NCBI GenBank assembly: GCA_000165345.1
Contig: CM000430.1
Span: 448,001 to 512,000, forward strand
Direction of reading: 5' to 3'
DNA: 64,000 nt
How positions within the stretch are numbered: position 1 is the stretch's first letter; each line of letters starts with the position of its first letter. Position numbers and translations under genes: made by a program. Positions 41,101 to 49,861 of the stretch are shown piece by piece. The notes beneath the pieces are model-generated. The model had not been told where the DNA came from. It searched no databases and saw only the letters and a list, made by a program, of their open reading frames with translations.

Positions 41101-42013
41101 GAGTAATTACAGTAAGCAAAACACATTATCTTTTGTACAAACAGAATCCAAGAGGATATATAATTTAGCAAATGTTTCAGAAAATGCTAGAACATGTAGG
41201 ATATGTGCTGTTGGAGATGGGGGGAATGATGTGGGAATGATTCAGGCAGCTGATATTGGAATTGGGATAGTTGGGAAGGAGGGGCAACAAGCAGCAAATG
41301 CAGCAGATATTAGTATACATGAATTTGCTGATTTAAGACCACTCTTTCTTTGGCATGGGCGTCATGCATATCAGAATAGTGCAAAGCTGGCGCACTTCGT
41401 GATTCATAGAGGATTAATTATTGCTTTCATGCAGTGCGTGTTTTCTGCACTTTTTTATTTTATTCCAGTAGCGCTTTTCCAAGGGTGGCTAGCGGTTGGT
41501 TACGCAACATATTATACAATGGCACCTGTATTCTCATTGGTTTTTGATGTTGATGTTAATAGGTCAACTGCTCTATTATACCCCGAGCTATATCGGCATT
41601 TGAAGGCTGGTCGAGTTATGTCAACAAAAACTTTTTTCTGTTGGGTCTGGAAATCATTATATCAAGGAACCGTAATTATGTTGGGAGCATTTGTACTTTT
41701 CAAAGATAATATCCTTATGAATCTTGTTGCAATTACATTCACGTCTTTGATACTATCAGAAATTTTAAATGTTGTTACCGAAATTCATTATTGGAATGAA
41801 GTCATAATATCATCTTGTATAATTTCAATATTAATTTATTTTGCATCATTTTTCCTCTTAGAGAGTCACTTCGATCTTCAGTTCATTTTTACCTTTATAT
41901 TTTGGGGTAAAATTTGTGTTCTCACCTCTATTTCATGGGGTCCAATACTTCTATACAAATTAATCAAGAAAACGATTCATCCCCCCAGATATTATAAGTT
42001 GATGCAACATTAG
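38138..42013 (+). CDS. P4-type ATPase (phospholipid flippase), Neo1/ATP9-like
   Basis: It has the P-type ATPase motifs: DKTGTLTQN (phosphorylation site), TGDKLETA, and the GDGGNDVGMIQAADIGIGI hinge. The N-terminal ...NVVCNQKYSLITFIPKVLFDQFSNFFNFFYLIVALFQLIP matches the P4/Neo1 pattern xNQKYxxxTFxPxxLFEQF. There are 10 predicted TM helices. Confidence 0.85.
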   Translation: MQKYEEKSPLIRTNKSSFSIFSFFNSLLFKPSLSYSERSIHLSGRTLPSKFVPNVVCNQKYSLITFIPKVLFDQFSNFFNFFYLIVALFQLIPELRTGPLFTYIAPLLLVLSITIGKEAIDDFKRYKRDKEFNNKKYRKITRNGIQEIRSSDIKVGDLIEINTNDRIPADILFLRTNDPTGTVFVRTDQLDGETDWKVKRALGITQHLETLDDIFSLEIIANIEGPKKDIYVFNGTIQYYEQNITSSFNPDDSGSFFNSQISVGNLSAANLEKNISEYGAGTAIQPVVEPLMLDNTIWANSVLTCGKIYGLVIYTGIESRSLMNTCTKSLRTKVGLLDNQVNTLSKILFLLLIITSFVLVFCKGFDTLWYVSFARFMLLLSSIIPISLRVNLEMAKIVFSSQINNDKNMKSVTVRSSIPEELGRIDYLLTDKTGTLTQNYMIVQTLHIGHAIFHQENFSEIVDALQYVQKGRVNIEKEERIIIDTMDNIPTFPIISSNPTIWNNSNNTLHLQNFMLGIALCHNIFPRSSIDANLSNENRNNSAEDILDNNLGSDECMVDLNQKHIVYQSSSPDEIALINFAASLGLRLVSRSNENMDLDLEKLYLGDHLRNSMESGLYKNEKNFPVRLSFKILACFPFCSSSKRMGILLEFKGRYIYFCKGAESVMIELLRQKGSGWLMEECTNLARLGLRTLVFSYKIISKEEYEVFNSVYSFPCTSLLQRDKNLNSSRKILESNMELLGLTGVEDKLQIDVPLTLEAFRYAGIKIWLLTGDKLETALCIAISAGLKPKYLNFYILESKYLKHNVNFTEKLLQVEELKYQLQRYINESANSNVLVVEGSILSLCIKYCPFLLIHAASLSPAVVWCRCSPSQKKDLVLLLKEYHLKYLKLCESNALISLDDLDSLSNKDLTYGQNDGESAKNRENSKTCSVKRRINEAKSGYNRNNNKNLNMFSFDELNSKSFGINNFPKLAESVGNIDEWGNDSGPMSNYSKQNTLSFVQTESKRIYNLANVSENARTCRICAVGDGGNDVGMIQAADIGIGIVGKEGQQAANAADISIHEFADLRPLFLWHGRHAYQNSAKLAHFVIHRGLIIAFMQCVFSALFYFIPVALFQGWLAVGYATYYTMAPVFSLVFDVDVNRSTALLYPELYRHLKAGRVMSTKTFFCWVWKSLYQGTVIMLGAFVLFKDNILMNLVAITFTSLILSEILNVVTEIHYWNEVIISSCIISILIYFASFFLLESHFDLQFIFTFIFWGKICVLTSISWGPILLYKLIKKTIHPPRYYKLMQH

Positions 42014-42094
42014 TTTCTTTTTAATTGGCTTATTTAATTACAGTTGTAGAATACAAGATAGTAATTGTTAATTTACTTTATTGACGATTAAAGT

Positions 42095-42562
42095 TCAACT
42101 TGAATCGGCTTGTAAGTTATTTATGAATATTCTCTTCCTCGAATTATAATACAAAAAGAATGAGAAAATAAATCCCAATATAGAAAAAAAAGATAAGTTA
42201 CCTAAATGAGGAGATAAATCACTAAATACCTGCAAATTGGCTATGGCAAAAACCGCAAAAAATAATTTAATGTAAGTTGAAAATATTCCGCAATAAAAGA
42301 GTTTGATTCTAGAACCTTGAAAAAAAACAAAATGCGTGTTTCTTGGTATTGAATATGGATGAAGGCAAACGCTACAAAATCTGCTTGACCATGGTCTGTT
42401 GATTTGCAGCCTTTGCCATTTATATAAACAGTTTAAATGGATATATGCTTGAGTTCCCTTGCATTCACAAGGAGTTATCAATGGAGAGTGATCTGTTTCT
42501 ACTCCAAAGCAAAATCTACATTCTTTGTTGTATATATTTAAAAAACCCTCTTCCATATACAT
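42095..42562 (-). CDS. RING-CH (MARCH-type) zinc-finger membrane E3 ubiquitin ligase
   Basis: 155 aa. The N-terminus is CRFCFG...PLITPCECKGTQAYIHLNCLYKWQ (C4HC3 RING-CH), followed by two hydrophobic TM segments. Confidence 0.6.
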   Translation of the reverse strand: MYMEEGFLNIYNKECRFCFGVETDHSPLITPCECKGTQAYIHLNCLYKWQRLQINRPWSSRFCSVCLHPYSIPRNTHFVFFQGSRIKLFYCGIFSTYIKLFFAVFAIANLQVFSDLSPHLGNLSFFSILGFIFSFFLYYNSRKRIFINNLQADSS

Positions 42563-42789
42563 TTTTTTCTGGCCAAATTATAGCTATTTGAATTAAGAAC
42601 CTGCACTTTTTAAATACTAGATATTTGAATAATTACGGAAATATCCCAATTAAGTAATTTATGATGTTTATAATATAATAATTGTTTTCGTATCGTGTAC
42701 AATTCATGTTGATTAAAAATGACCAGCTTGCATCTATGTGGATAAAATATGGACAGCTTTTAAACAGAAAAATGGAACTAAATTAACGT

Positions 42790-44235
42790 CTATAACAATC
42801 CTAATTTATTATTTTTTAATTCACTTAGTATCGACTTGTTCCAGTAAGGCCAATCTTCCAGGACTCTTGCAATATTTAAGTTTGTATTCTTAGCTATCCA
42901 ATCGGGCAAAACTTCGCATTTAAAAATCAAATATTTTTCGGTGGGTACACTAGGCGGTAAAATATATAATAATGAGTGAAGGCATATTCCTATTGGAGGT
43001 TCTACAAAATATTCGACATGTGCAAGTCCATCAGAGGAATCTAATGACATAGAACCACCTCCACCAAAGTACTTTTTTTGTAAAGGGAATTCTAATAGCT
43101 CTTCAACTTCTAGATCTTTTATGTTATATATACATCTAGCTGACAAATTTGAGTCCGTGAACTTAAAACTTGAGGTATTTAATTTAGTTCCTGGTAAAAC
43201 TTTATCACTATAAAGAATATCTCGAACGATAGGAAATCCAATATACTTCAAATGAGCCCTTATTTGATGTGTTCTTCCAGTAATTGGTTTACAAAGCAAA
43301 ATAGAATACTTATCTGTTTCATTTATTTTTTGTTTTTTTGCCTCGTTTATGTCCAAACATGAAATTAGAGGGAAAAAATATGTCAGAGAGTACTTACTAT
43401 TTTCTGAACTGTCGATTCTTGTTATTAATGATTCGCCTTCTCTGTCTTTTAACGTTTTAAGTCCAATCTCGCATTTGATTACATGGCTTGTGATTCCGTG
43501 TGATTCATCCAGAGATAGCTCCCTAATGCTCACGCCTTCAATGCTACTCTGGGAAATATGAGAAATAAAGTTTGAAGTGCTCTCATTTATCATAGCTAAA
43601 TAATATTTATGTGCAAACTGGACTTTTGATGATAAATTTTTAGTTGTTGAAGAATCTTTACTAAGCAATACAAGGCCAGATGTAACTCTATCAAGTCTAT
43701 TTATCGGATGAATATAAGTACTGTTAGTGTTCAATTTTGAAAGATATTCTGATTGAATTAATTTTGTAAGTGAAAGTTTATTGAACCTTCCTTGAGGATG
43801 GCATGGAATGCCACAAGGCTTAAAAACTGCCAATAAGGTAGAAGAATCATACAATATTTTAACTTTATCTATCGCAACAGGAAGTTCTATAAATAGCGAT
43901 CTGTGTTTAATTTTGTCACCATTGCGAACAATATAGTCTAATGAATTAACAGGTGTATCATTAACACTTAGTCTTCTTTGGTCGATTAATCTCAGGTATT
44001 CTTCTATAGGTCTGGTTCTAAACTCGTTCAGAAACAAGTCTCTTAAGGTTCTGTCTCTCCATCTTAATTTACAAAACGATTCGTATTCAAACATATATGG
44101 AGGAACAACAACGACGTAGTCTTCAACTTCTTTATCATTATAATTTTTTTTTATAATTTTTAGTGTTTTTGCATCACTGGACGAGATTTCAACATTCAAT
44201 TCACTATATATTGTAAAGGTGTTATTTGAATTCAT
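42790..44235 (-). CDS. RluA-family pseudouridine synthase (RPUSD-like)
   Basis: It has the catalytic motifs NRLDRVTSGLVLLSKD (HRLDxxTSG) and GRTHQIRAHLKYIGFPIVRD. An N-terminal S4-like extension is present. Confidence 0.8.
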   Translation of the reverse strand: MNSNNTFTIYSELNVEISSSDAKTLKIIKKNYNDKEVEDYVVVVPPYMFEYESFCKLRWRDRTLRDLFLNEFRTRPIEEYLRLIDQRRLSVNDTPVNSLDYIVRNGDKIKHRSLFIELPVAIDKVKILYDSSTLLAVFKPCGIPCHPQGRFNKLSLTKLIQSEYLSKLNTNSTYIHPINRLDRVTSGLVLLSKDSSTTKNLSSKVQFAHKYYLAMINESTSNFISHISQSSIEGVSIRELSLDESHGITSHVIKCEIGLKTLKDREGESLITRIDSSENSKYSLTYFFPLISCLDINEAKKQKINETDKYSILLCKPITGRTHQIRAHLKYIGFPIVRDILYSDKVLPGTKLNTSSFKFTDSNLSARCIYNIKDLEVEELLEFPLQKKYFGGGGSMSLDSSDGLAHVEYFVEPPIGICLHSLLYILPPSVPTEKYLIFKCEVLPDWIAKNTNLNIARVLEDWPYWNKSILSELKNNKLGLL

Positions 44236-44299
44236 AATTTAGAATTAACACTACTGTTAAATTTTTATTAGGCGGCGTTAGTTATTCAATTATTTTGAA

Positions 44300-45303
44300 A
44301 TGGATTCTACAGCTTTAAAAGAAGAGATAATCGCACTCGAAAGTATATTTGGAGAAAGCCTTTACAACTTAGATAAGAGTGGACTCCCTTCCCCCGGTGT
44401 AAATTTTAATGATAAAGAAAGATCCCTTAAGTATTTTGTAAGTTTAAACTCGTAACTTTTTTCAATTTTTTAATATTTCTTCAGTCGGAATATCTTGATG
44501 GGATCTTGGAAATTAAAATTAGCATTCCATTTGGATACCCCTTAGAAGCGTCTTCTTTTTGTATATCTTCATGGTATTTTGACGTTCATTATTTAACAAA
44601 TTCAGAAGAATTACCGCAATCAAAAAATATCTCTCTAACTTCCAATACATTCAAGCAGTTAAAGGAACTAATTGAAACAAGAGTAGAAAGCAAAACCCCA
44701 ATTTTATTTGAGATAATTGACATTTTGATTTCCTGTAATATTGATCACGAGAAATATAAAACAAAATCAAGTATTAAAGAACAAAGAATTGAAACTAACC
44801 ACTTTGATCAATTTGATGGAGATAAAATTTTTGGTGTAACGCATGGCGAACCTATAATTGATCGAAAAAGTGTTTTCCAAGCTCATGCGTGTAAGGTAGA
44901 AACAGTTGAACAAGTTAAAAAAGTTATCAAATGGTTGCTTTCGAACCCAAAGATTGCTAAAGCAACGCACAATATTTGGTCATATAGAATATTCAAGGAG
45001 AAAAATTTCGCAGAAGTAACTGAAGGATCTTTCCCCATTGGGTACGATATCATATCACAAGATCACGACTCGGATGGCGAGAATGCAGCAGGAGGCAGAC
45101 TTCAACATCTTCTTGAAATTACTAATGCAAAGAATGTATTCGTTATGGTGTCTAGATGGTACGGGGGTATTCAACTAGGGCCAGACAGGTTTAAACATAT
45201 TAATAATGCTGCAAGGCTGATCTTAGAAAAATCGGGCTTAATAACTAGATCGGGGACTTTTTATAAACCGCAATCGAATAAAAACAAAAAGAATCAAATT
45301 TAA
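44300..45303 (+). CDS. IMPACT: IMPACT/YIH1 homolog (RWD domain plus UPF0029/YigZ domain), 2 exons
   Basis: Exon 1 is 44300-44398 (MDSTALKEEIIALESIFGESLYNLDKSGLPSPG). The intron is 44399-44484 (86 nt, GTAATT..TTCAG). Exon 2 is 44485-45303 (SEYLDGILEIKISIPFGYP... then ...RKSVFQAHACKV...IAKATHNIWSYRI...DGENAAGGRLQHLLEI...VFVMVSRWYGGIQLGPDRFKHINNAARLIL). The RWD block matches EEIEALAAIYGE...LPNEYP and the C-terminus matches the IMPACT family. An alternative donor at 44437 (GTAAGT) breaks the frame. The track shows only 44506-45303 with a TTG 'start'. Confidence 0.7.
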
Positions 45304-45321
45304 TCGTTCTAAAAATGTTTT

Positions 45322-45803
45322 TCAATCTTTGGAAACTAAACTGCTGAATATCATATCTGGTACTCCTTTGGAAACAATATATCGATGGTTACATATTGGG
45401 CAGATCAACTCCGCCTCCATAATTTGAAACTATAAAAGTTAAATTGAAAAAAAAAAAATGATTATTAACTTACTCTTAAAATCGCGTCATGTACTGCGCA
45501 TAAAAAAACTTCATCATCAAAATCTTGCTCGGAATAACTCAACGGCAAGCTTAATCCAAATTGAGAAGCACTTTTTACTAGAACACCCCAATCTACCTTT
45601 TTTATTATTTGCTTAATTTGTTCTATATTAAATTCAACATCCAGCATTTTTGTCGATTCCTCAACGCTTCCATTCAAAGAAATTTCCAACGGAAAACCAT
45701 TCCTACATTCAGATCTATTACTTAAGTTATTAAAGATGGATATTTTATATTCATGTAATTATTTGACTTACCAAATTAAAATGTTATGAGTCAACAAACG
45801 CAT
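45322..45803 (-). CDS. TRM112: TRM112 (methyltransferase activator subunit), 3 exons
   Basis: Exons on the minus strand are 45803-45772, 45702-45474 and 45429-45322. Introns are 45771-45703 (69 nt, GTAAGT..TGTAG) and 45473-45430 (44 nt, GTAAGT..TATAG). The spliced protein is MRLLTHNILIWNGFPLEISL...DVEFNIEQIKQIIKKVDWGVLVKSA...DEVFLCAVHDAILRFQIMEAELICPICNHRYIVSKGVPDMIFS, which parallels human TRMT112 MKLLTHNLL..GFPL...EFNP.F...IPKVEW...NEEFLR..HHLLLEV.V.EG.L.CPESGR.FPI..GIPNML. The track shows only the middle exon, at 45465-45689 with a TTG 'start'. Confidence 0.7.
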
Positions 45804-46011
45804 TTTACTTTTGATAATCCTGATTTGACTAATCACATCATAGACATATCGACAAAATTTACGTTTTATCACCGCTTCATGGCGGCTTTCTCTTGCATGA
45901 CTTCTCAACTATTCTCTAAATTAGTAGTCATATACCTAAGGAATAATTTTTATAATAATTTATTAAAGAAATATTTTATGACCTGATTGTTGGAATCAAA
46001 TTTTTGCTCTC

Positions 46012-46515
46012 ATGATGGGAAGATTAACTATCGAAATATTTTTATCTATCATAATATTGTTCATTTCTTGCTCCACACAGTTAGAACTTGATATCATGAA
46101 GGATATTGGAACTAATAATAAAGATTTTTTCCAAAAAGAAATATCTCCAGTTGCCATTTCAAGAATTATTGCAATTAAAGATCAATTAAGAATATTTAGT
46201 GGGTCAAATGCTGATACTTCTATAAGAGAGGGTAATTTTATTTCGACTATAATGGCAAACAATTTGAAAGAGTACATAGGATTAGACCACAAGGTAATGT
46301 CAGGGAGTAATAGAGGCGCATTCGTAATATATGATACAAACGACTATCCTTTTGCGTGTAACTGCAACTCGGCGCAATATCAAAACTGGAAAAACGCCAG
46401 TGAAAACCAAAATATAAAAGTAGAATGTACTAACACAATAAATACGGGAATTTTCAATAGCAACGATATTGATTATTGTGATCCTACAAATATTGCAGCA
46501 TCACAAAGTGTCTGA
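46012..46515 (+). CDS. Hypothetical secreted Cys-containing protein (signal peptide)
   Basis: 167 aa. The N-terminus has a hydrophobic signal-like segment (MMGRLTIEIFLSIIILFISCS). The C-terminal half has about 6 Cys residues. Confidence 0.4.
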   Translation: MMGRLTIEIFLSIIILFISCSTQLELDIMKDIGTNNKDFFQKEISPVAISRIIAIKDQLRIFSGSNADTSIREGNFISTIMANNLKEYIGLDHKVMSGSNRGAFVIYDTNDYPFACNCNSAQYQNWKNASENQNIKVECTNTINTGIFNSNDIDYCDPTNIAASQSV

Positions 46516-46608
46516 ATTGAAGAATAATGAAGCGAAAAAAAATTCTCTATTTTGACTATTTGCAATCATAAATTTAATAATTTAAACTTAGTAGTTATTA
46601 CATTAATA

Positions 46609-47236
46609 TTACATTATATCGTTATCATTAGTATTGTCTTCCAGTTCATCATAATCTTCATTAGCTCCAGAATTCATATATTCATAATCGATGTCAGACT
46701 CTTGATCATCTTCTAAAATTTCAATGTCTTCATTATAGGTATCTTTATTCTCTTGTACTGTTGTATCTTCGTCATCACCTAAATTCTTATTCTTCAAATT
46801 ACCAAAATTTGCCATACATATGGCTCTCTTCGAAATCCCTAGCCTTCTTTTATTCATATTCAATGAATTGGAAAGGAGATCATGCGCAAAAAATGGGTTT
46901 TCTTTTTGTAAATTCTCAGGTAAATTCAAAAGGGAAAATAAATATTCCTTTAAAATATTCTGATTTTCGTTTGAATGTTCATCCAAATTCTCATTTACTA
47001 TACTGTTTGTGCTCCCAATATTAAACTGCCAAAACTGCATTATGTGTAAATATTCATCTACGCAAAATTTGACCTCGCGTGCCAAATTAATTTCTTTGTC
47101 AACTTCAGATTGATCAGGAAAATATGGATGAATTGGAAACACTCCTTAAAACAAATGCGTAAATTTCTAAAAGCATAGCAAGATTGCTTAACAACTTACC
47201 TTGGGTGTTATTTTGATTAGTAGTTTGTCCACTCAT
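46609..47236 (-). CDS. Hypothetical protein with an acidic D/E-rich C-terminal tail, 2 exons
   Basis: Exon 1 is 47236-47200 (MSGQTTNQNNTQ plus 1 nt). The intron is 47199-47145 (55 nt, GTAAGT..TTTAAG). Exon 2 is 47144-46609, which the track shows as 46609-47142 with a GTG 'start'. The phase is consistent (G+GA=Gly). The C-terminus is DDEDTTVQEN...EDIEILEDDQESDIDYEY...EDYDELEDNTNDNDIM. Confidence 0.4.
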
Positions 47237-47316
47237 TAAAAGTAAACCAGGTAACGAGCATCTCTGTTAATTTGCAATTGGCGCCTGTCAATTTATTTAT
47301 CCCGCTATTTTTAATT

Positions 47317-48021
47317 TTAAGATAAAAAAATTGCCACTTCTATTGCAAATTTGATCTTTTTCGCAACTCTTAATATATTCAACTTAATATTTTGTAGCAC
47401 TACATCCCTTTCAATGTTCATTATTATTTGCAACCTTTCTTTTTCATGCATGAAGTGATTCTTTTCTTCCTTTGATAATATTGAATCATCCAATTTAATT
47501 ATTTCGGAGTAGCACATAACTAATGTATGTTTTGGAATTTTTAACCTATGTAACATAACTTCAGAGAAATCTTGTAGGTGAGATATGACTAAATATTTTG
47601 TTTTCGAAATAAGTATTTTTCTGTAAATTAAGAATAAGAATTGATAGCTGATATCAATTGAATTTGACGGAAACGATTCGGAAAGCAGTTTTAACAATCT
47701 TTCATTGAATTTTTGAGAAGAACTCAACTCATTAGCGTCGTAAACAATTTTATTAAAGCTACTAATAAACTTGCAAACAAGTCTCTGTGCTGAAATATTG
47801 TTTAAAGAATTAATATTGTTAATTGACTCTCTATTATGAATTTCTGTTGCCTCATCTATAACATTTTGTAAAATTTCTGCATCATATAATACTGAGATTA
47901 TACCAAAATAAACCAAAACTGTTGTGATTAAAATGATAAATAAAATTTCTTGGTAACCAATAATAGAACCATTAAATATAAAAGTTTCGTTTTTGAGGAA
48001 TATATTAATTTTTTTAAACAT
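47317..48021 (-). CDS. Hypothetical protein with an N-terminal signal-anchor/TM segment
   Basis: 234 aa with ATG at 48021-48019. A hydrophobic stretch (ILFIILITTVLVYFGIISVL) lies near the N-terminus. It is divergent from MetAP2 across a roughly 420-bp spacer. Confidence 0.4.
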   Translation of the reverse strand: MFKKINIFLKNETFIFNGSIIGYQEILFIILITTVLVYFGIISVLYDAEILQNVIDEATEIHNRESINNINSLNNISAQRLVCKFISSFNKIVYDANELSSSQKFNERLLKLLSESFPSNSIDISYQFLFLIYRKILISKTKYLVISHLQDFSEVMLHRLKIPKHTLVMCYSEIIKLDDSILSKEEKNHFMHEKERLQIIMNIERDVVLQNIKLNILRVAKKIKFAIEVAIFLS

Positions 48022-48204
48022 TAATTTTGTTCGCTTTGAGATAACTATTTGACCCTATTCAAAAGTGAAAATTTGATATAGCCAAAGCAATAAGGAATAG
48101 CATGGAGTAGGCAGTAGCTATAAGGAGGAAAATATTTTTAGCAATCAAGAAAGTCATCAAATTTGAAAAATTTTTTATAGCATGACTTTTCTATAAATAA
48201 ATAA

Positions 48205-48214
48205 GGCATGCATT
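48205..48214. promoter_or_regulatory. GGCATGCATT motif in the divergent promoter upstream of MetAP2
   Basis: The motif aaggcatgcattcatacgcgc lies about 230 bp upstream of the MetAP2 ATG (48443), in the spacer shared with the divergent gene at 48021 (minus strand). Confidence 0.25.
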
Positions 48215-48442
48215 CATACGCGCTTTTACGTACGTTTTTCATAACAATGTAATTTATGTTCTTTTCGAACAACCTAACTCAAATTTGAATTAACTTATTC
48301 ATTTCTAATATGTGAATTGAAATTAAAAACCTGAAATTTAATTTCTGCTTTGGAGCAGTTGTCAATTACTAGAGTAAAAAAAAATTAAAATCAGAATTTT
48401 TTGCCGCAATTAAAGTATAGAAGTCAATCAGAATTAACAAAA

Positions 48443-49861
48443 ATGAGTGAAAATGAATATAATGAAAAAGATAATCAGAATAATGGAAAAGAATTGGGAA
48501 CTAAAACTGAACAAAAAACTCAGCTTCTACTCGAAGAATCAGGTGTTTTAAATCTTGATAAACCTCTAAATGAGATAGAATCTATTGACAATAAACAAAA
48601 TAATAAAAAGAAAAAAAAGAAAAAGAAAAAAAAAGGAAAGGAAAACCTATACGAAGATAAAGATGATACTTATGATCCAGATCTTCCTACTTATTCAATT
48701 CCTATACAAGATAACACCCATCTGAGAAAAGTTTGCAACTGGCCAGCTATTGAATTTAGCAAACAAACATCTCCTCCAACTGTGCCTATAAATAAAATTT
48801 ACTCAAGACATGAATTTCCAGAGGGCGAAATAATTGAATATAATGGGCCTAACTCATATAGAATATCGTCTGAAGAATTAAAAGATAAAGAAAAACTCCA
48901 TATTTTGGACTACGCCTCTTTAAGAAGAGCAGCAGAGGTACATAGACAAGTTCGAAAATATATGCAGAGTATCATTCGACCAGAGATGAAACTTATAGAT
49001 ATGTGTAATATTTTAGAGAGTAAAGTGAAAGAATTAGTTGCTGCAGAAGGGCTCAAGTGTGGATGGGGATTTCCAACAGGATGTTCGCTTAATCATTGTG
49101 CGGCACACTACACTCCAAACCCCCATGACTTTACAAAATTAACCCAAGATGACATTTGTAAATTAGACTTTGGTGTACAGGTTAATGGAATGATAATTGA
49201 CTGTGCTTTTACCGTTGCATTCAATGATGTTTTTGACCCTTTAATTCAATCTACATTAGATGCAACAAATACAGGATTAAAAGTTGCCGGAATTGATGTT
49301 ATGTTTTCTGAAATAGGCTCAGCTATAGAAGAAGTCATTAAATCTTATGAATTTGAGTACAAAAGTAAGGTTTATAATATTAAACCTATTAAAAATCTAA
49401 ATGGTCATTCAATTCTACCATATCATATCCATGGAGGGAAATCAGTACCAATTATTGCAACAAATGATGACACAAGAATGGAGGAAAATGAAATATATGC
49501 CATCGAAACATTTGCAACCACTGGAAGAGGCTACGTTACAGAAGGGCTAGATTGTAGCCACTATATGAAATACTATGACAATCCCTTCCTAAACGAAAAT
49601 TCAACCAGACTTAATTCTGCTAAAATTCTTCTTGGTGGAATTAATACCCATTTCGGTACACTTGCGTTCTGTAGAAGATGGTTGGACCAATTAGGATTTA
49701 ATAAGCATGCACTAGCTCTTAAATCATTGGTAGACTCGGAAATCATTCGGCCGTATCCTCCATTAAACGACATTCCGGGTTCATTCTCCTCTCAAATGGA
49801 ACACACCATTTTATTAAGGCCTTCTTGTAAAGAGGTTGTATCTAGAGGTGATGACTTTTAA
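48443..49861 (+). CDS. METAP2: Methionine aminopeptidase 2 (MetAP2, M24A)
   Basis: It has the N-terminal poly-Lys block (KKKKKKKKKKG) typical of MetAP2. It also has the pita-bread catalytic region: HCAAHYTPN, DFGVQVNGMIIDCAFTVAF, LNGHSILPYHIHGGKSVP and YAIETFATTGRGYV. The track start at 48401 is TTG. The first ATG is at 48443 (MSENEYNEK...). Confidence 0.85.
   Translation: MSENEYNEKDNQNNGKELGTKTEQKTQLLLEESGVLNLDKPLNEIESIDNKQNNKKKKKKKKKKGKENLYEDKDDTYDPDLPTYSIPIQDNTHLRKVCNWPAIEFSKQTSPPTVPINKIYSRHEFPEGEIIEYNGPNSYRISSEELKDKEKLHILDYASLRRAAEVHRQVRKYMQSIIRPEMKLIDMCNILESKVKELVAAEGLKCGWGFPTGCSLNHCAAHYTPNPHDFTKLTQDDICKLDFGVQVNGMIIDCAFTVAFNDVFDPLIQSTLDATNTGLKVAGIDVMFSEIGSAIEEVIKSYEFEYKSKVYNIKPIKNLNGHSILPYHIHGGKSVPIIATNDDTRMEENEIYAIETFATTGRGYVTEGLDCSHYMKYYDNPFLNENSTRLNSAKILLGGINTHFGTLAFCRRWLDQLGFNKHALALKSLVDSEIIRPYPPLNDIPGSFSSQMEHTILLRPSCKEVVSRGDDF

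Noticed and set aside
44437-44442. Perfect GTAAGT at 44437 as the IMPACT intron-1 donor
   Set aside because: Using it leaves exon 1 in a frame that reads VILMIKKDPLSIF and cannot join exon 2 in phase. The weaker GTAATT donor at 44399 gives a phase-0 junction and an RWD-like sequence. The GTAAGT therefore appears to lie inside the intron. Only cDNA can settle this.
45703-45720. First AG (TAATAG) as the TRM112 intron-1 acceptor
   Set aside because: It gives an immediate in-frame TGA. The second AG (TGTAG, exon starting at 45702) gives TGG=Trp and the conserved NGFPL block.
45786-45986. 66-aa plus-strand ORF (MSQQTHFTFDNPDL...)
   Set aside because: It overlaps the minus-strand first exon, start codon and intron 1 of the TRM112 model. 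It has no conserved features and is likely a spurious antisense ORF.
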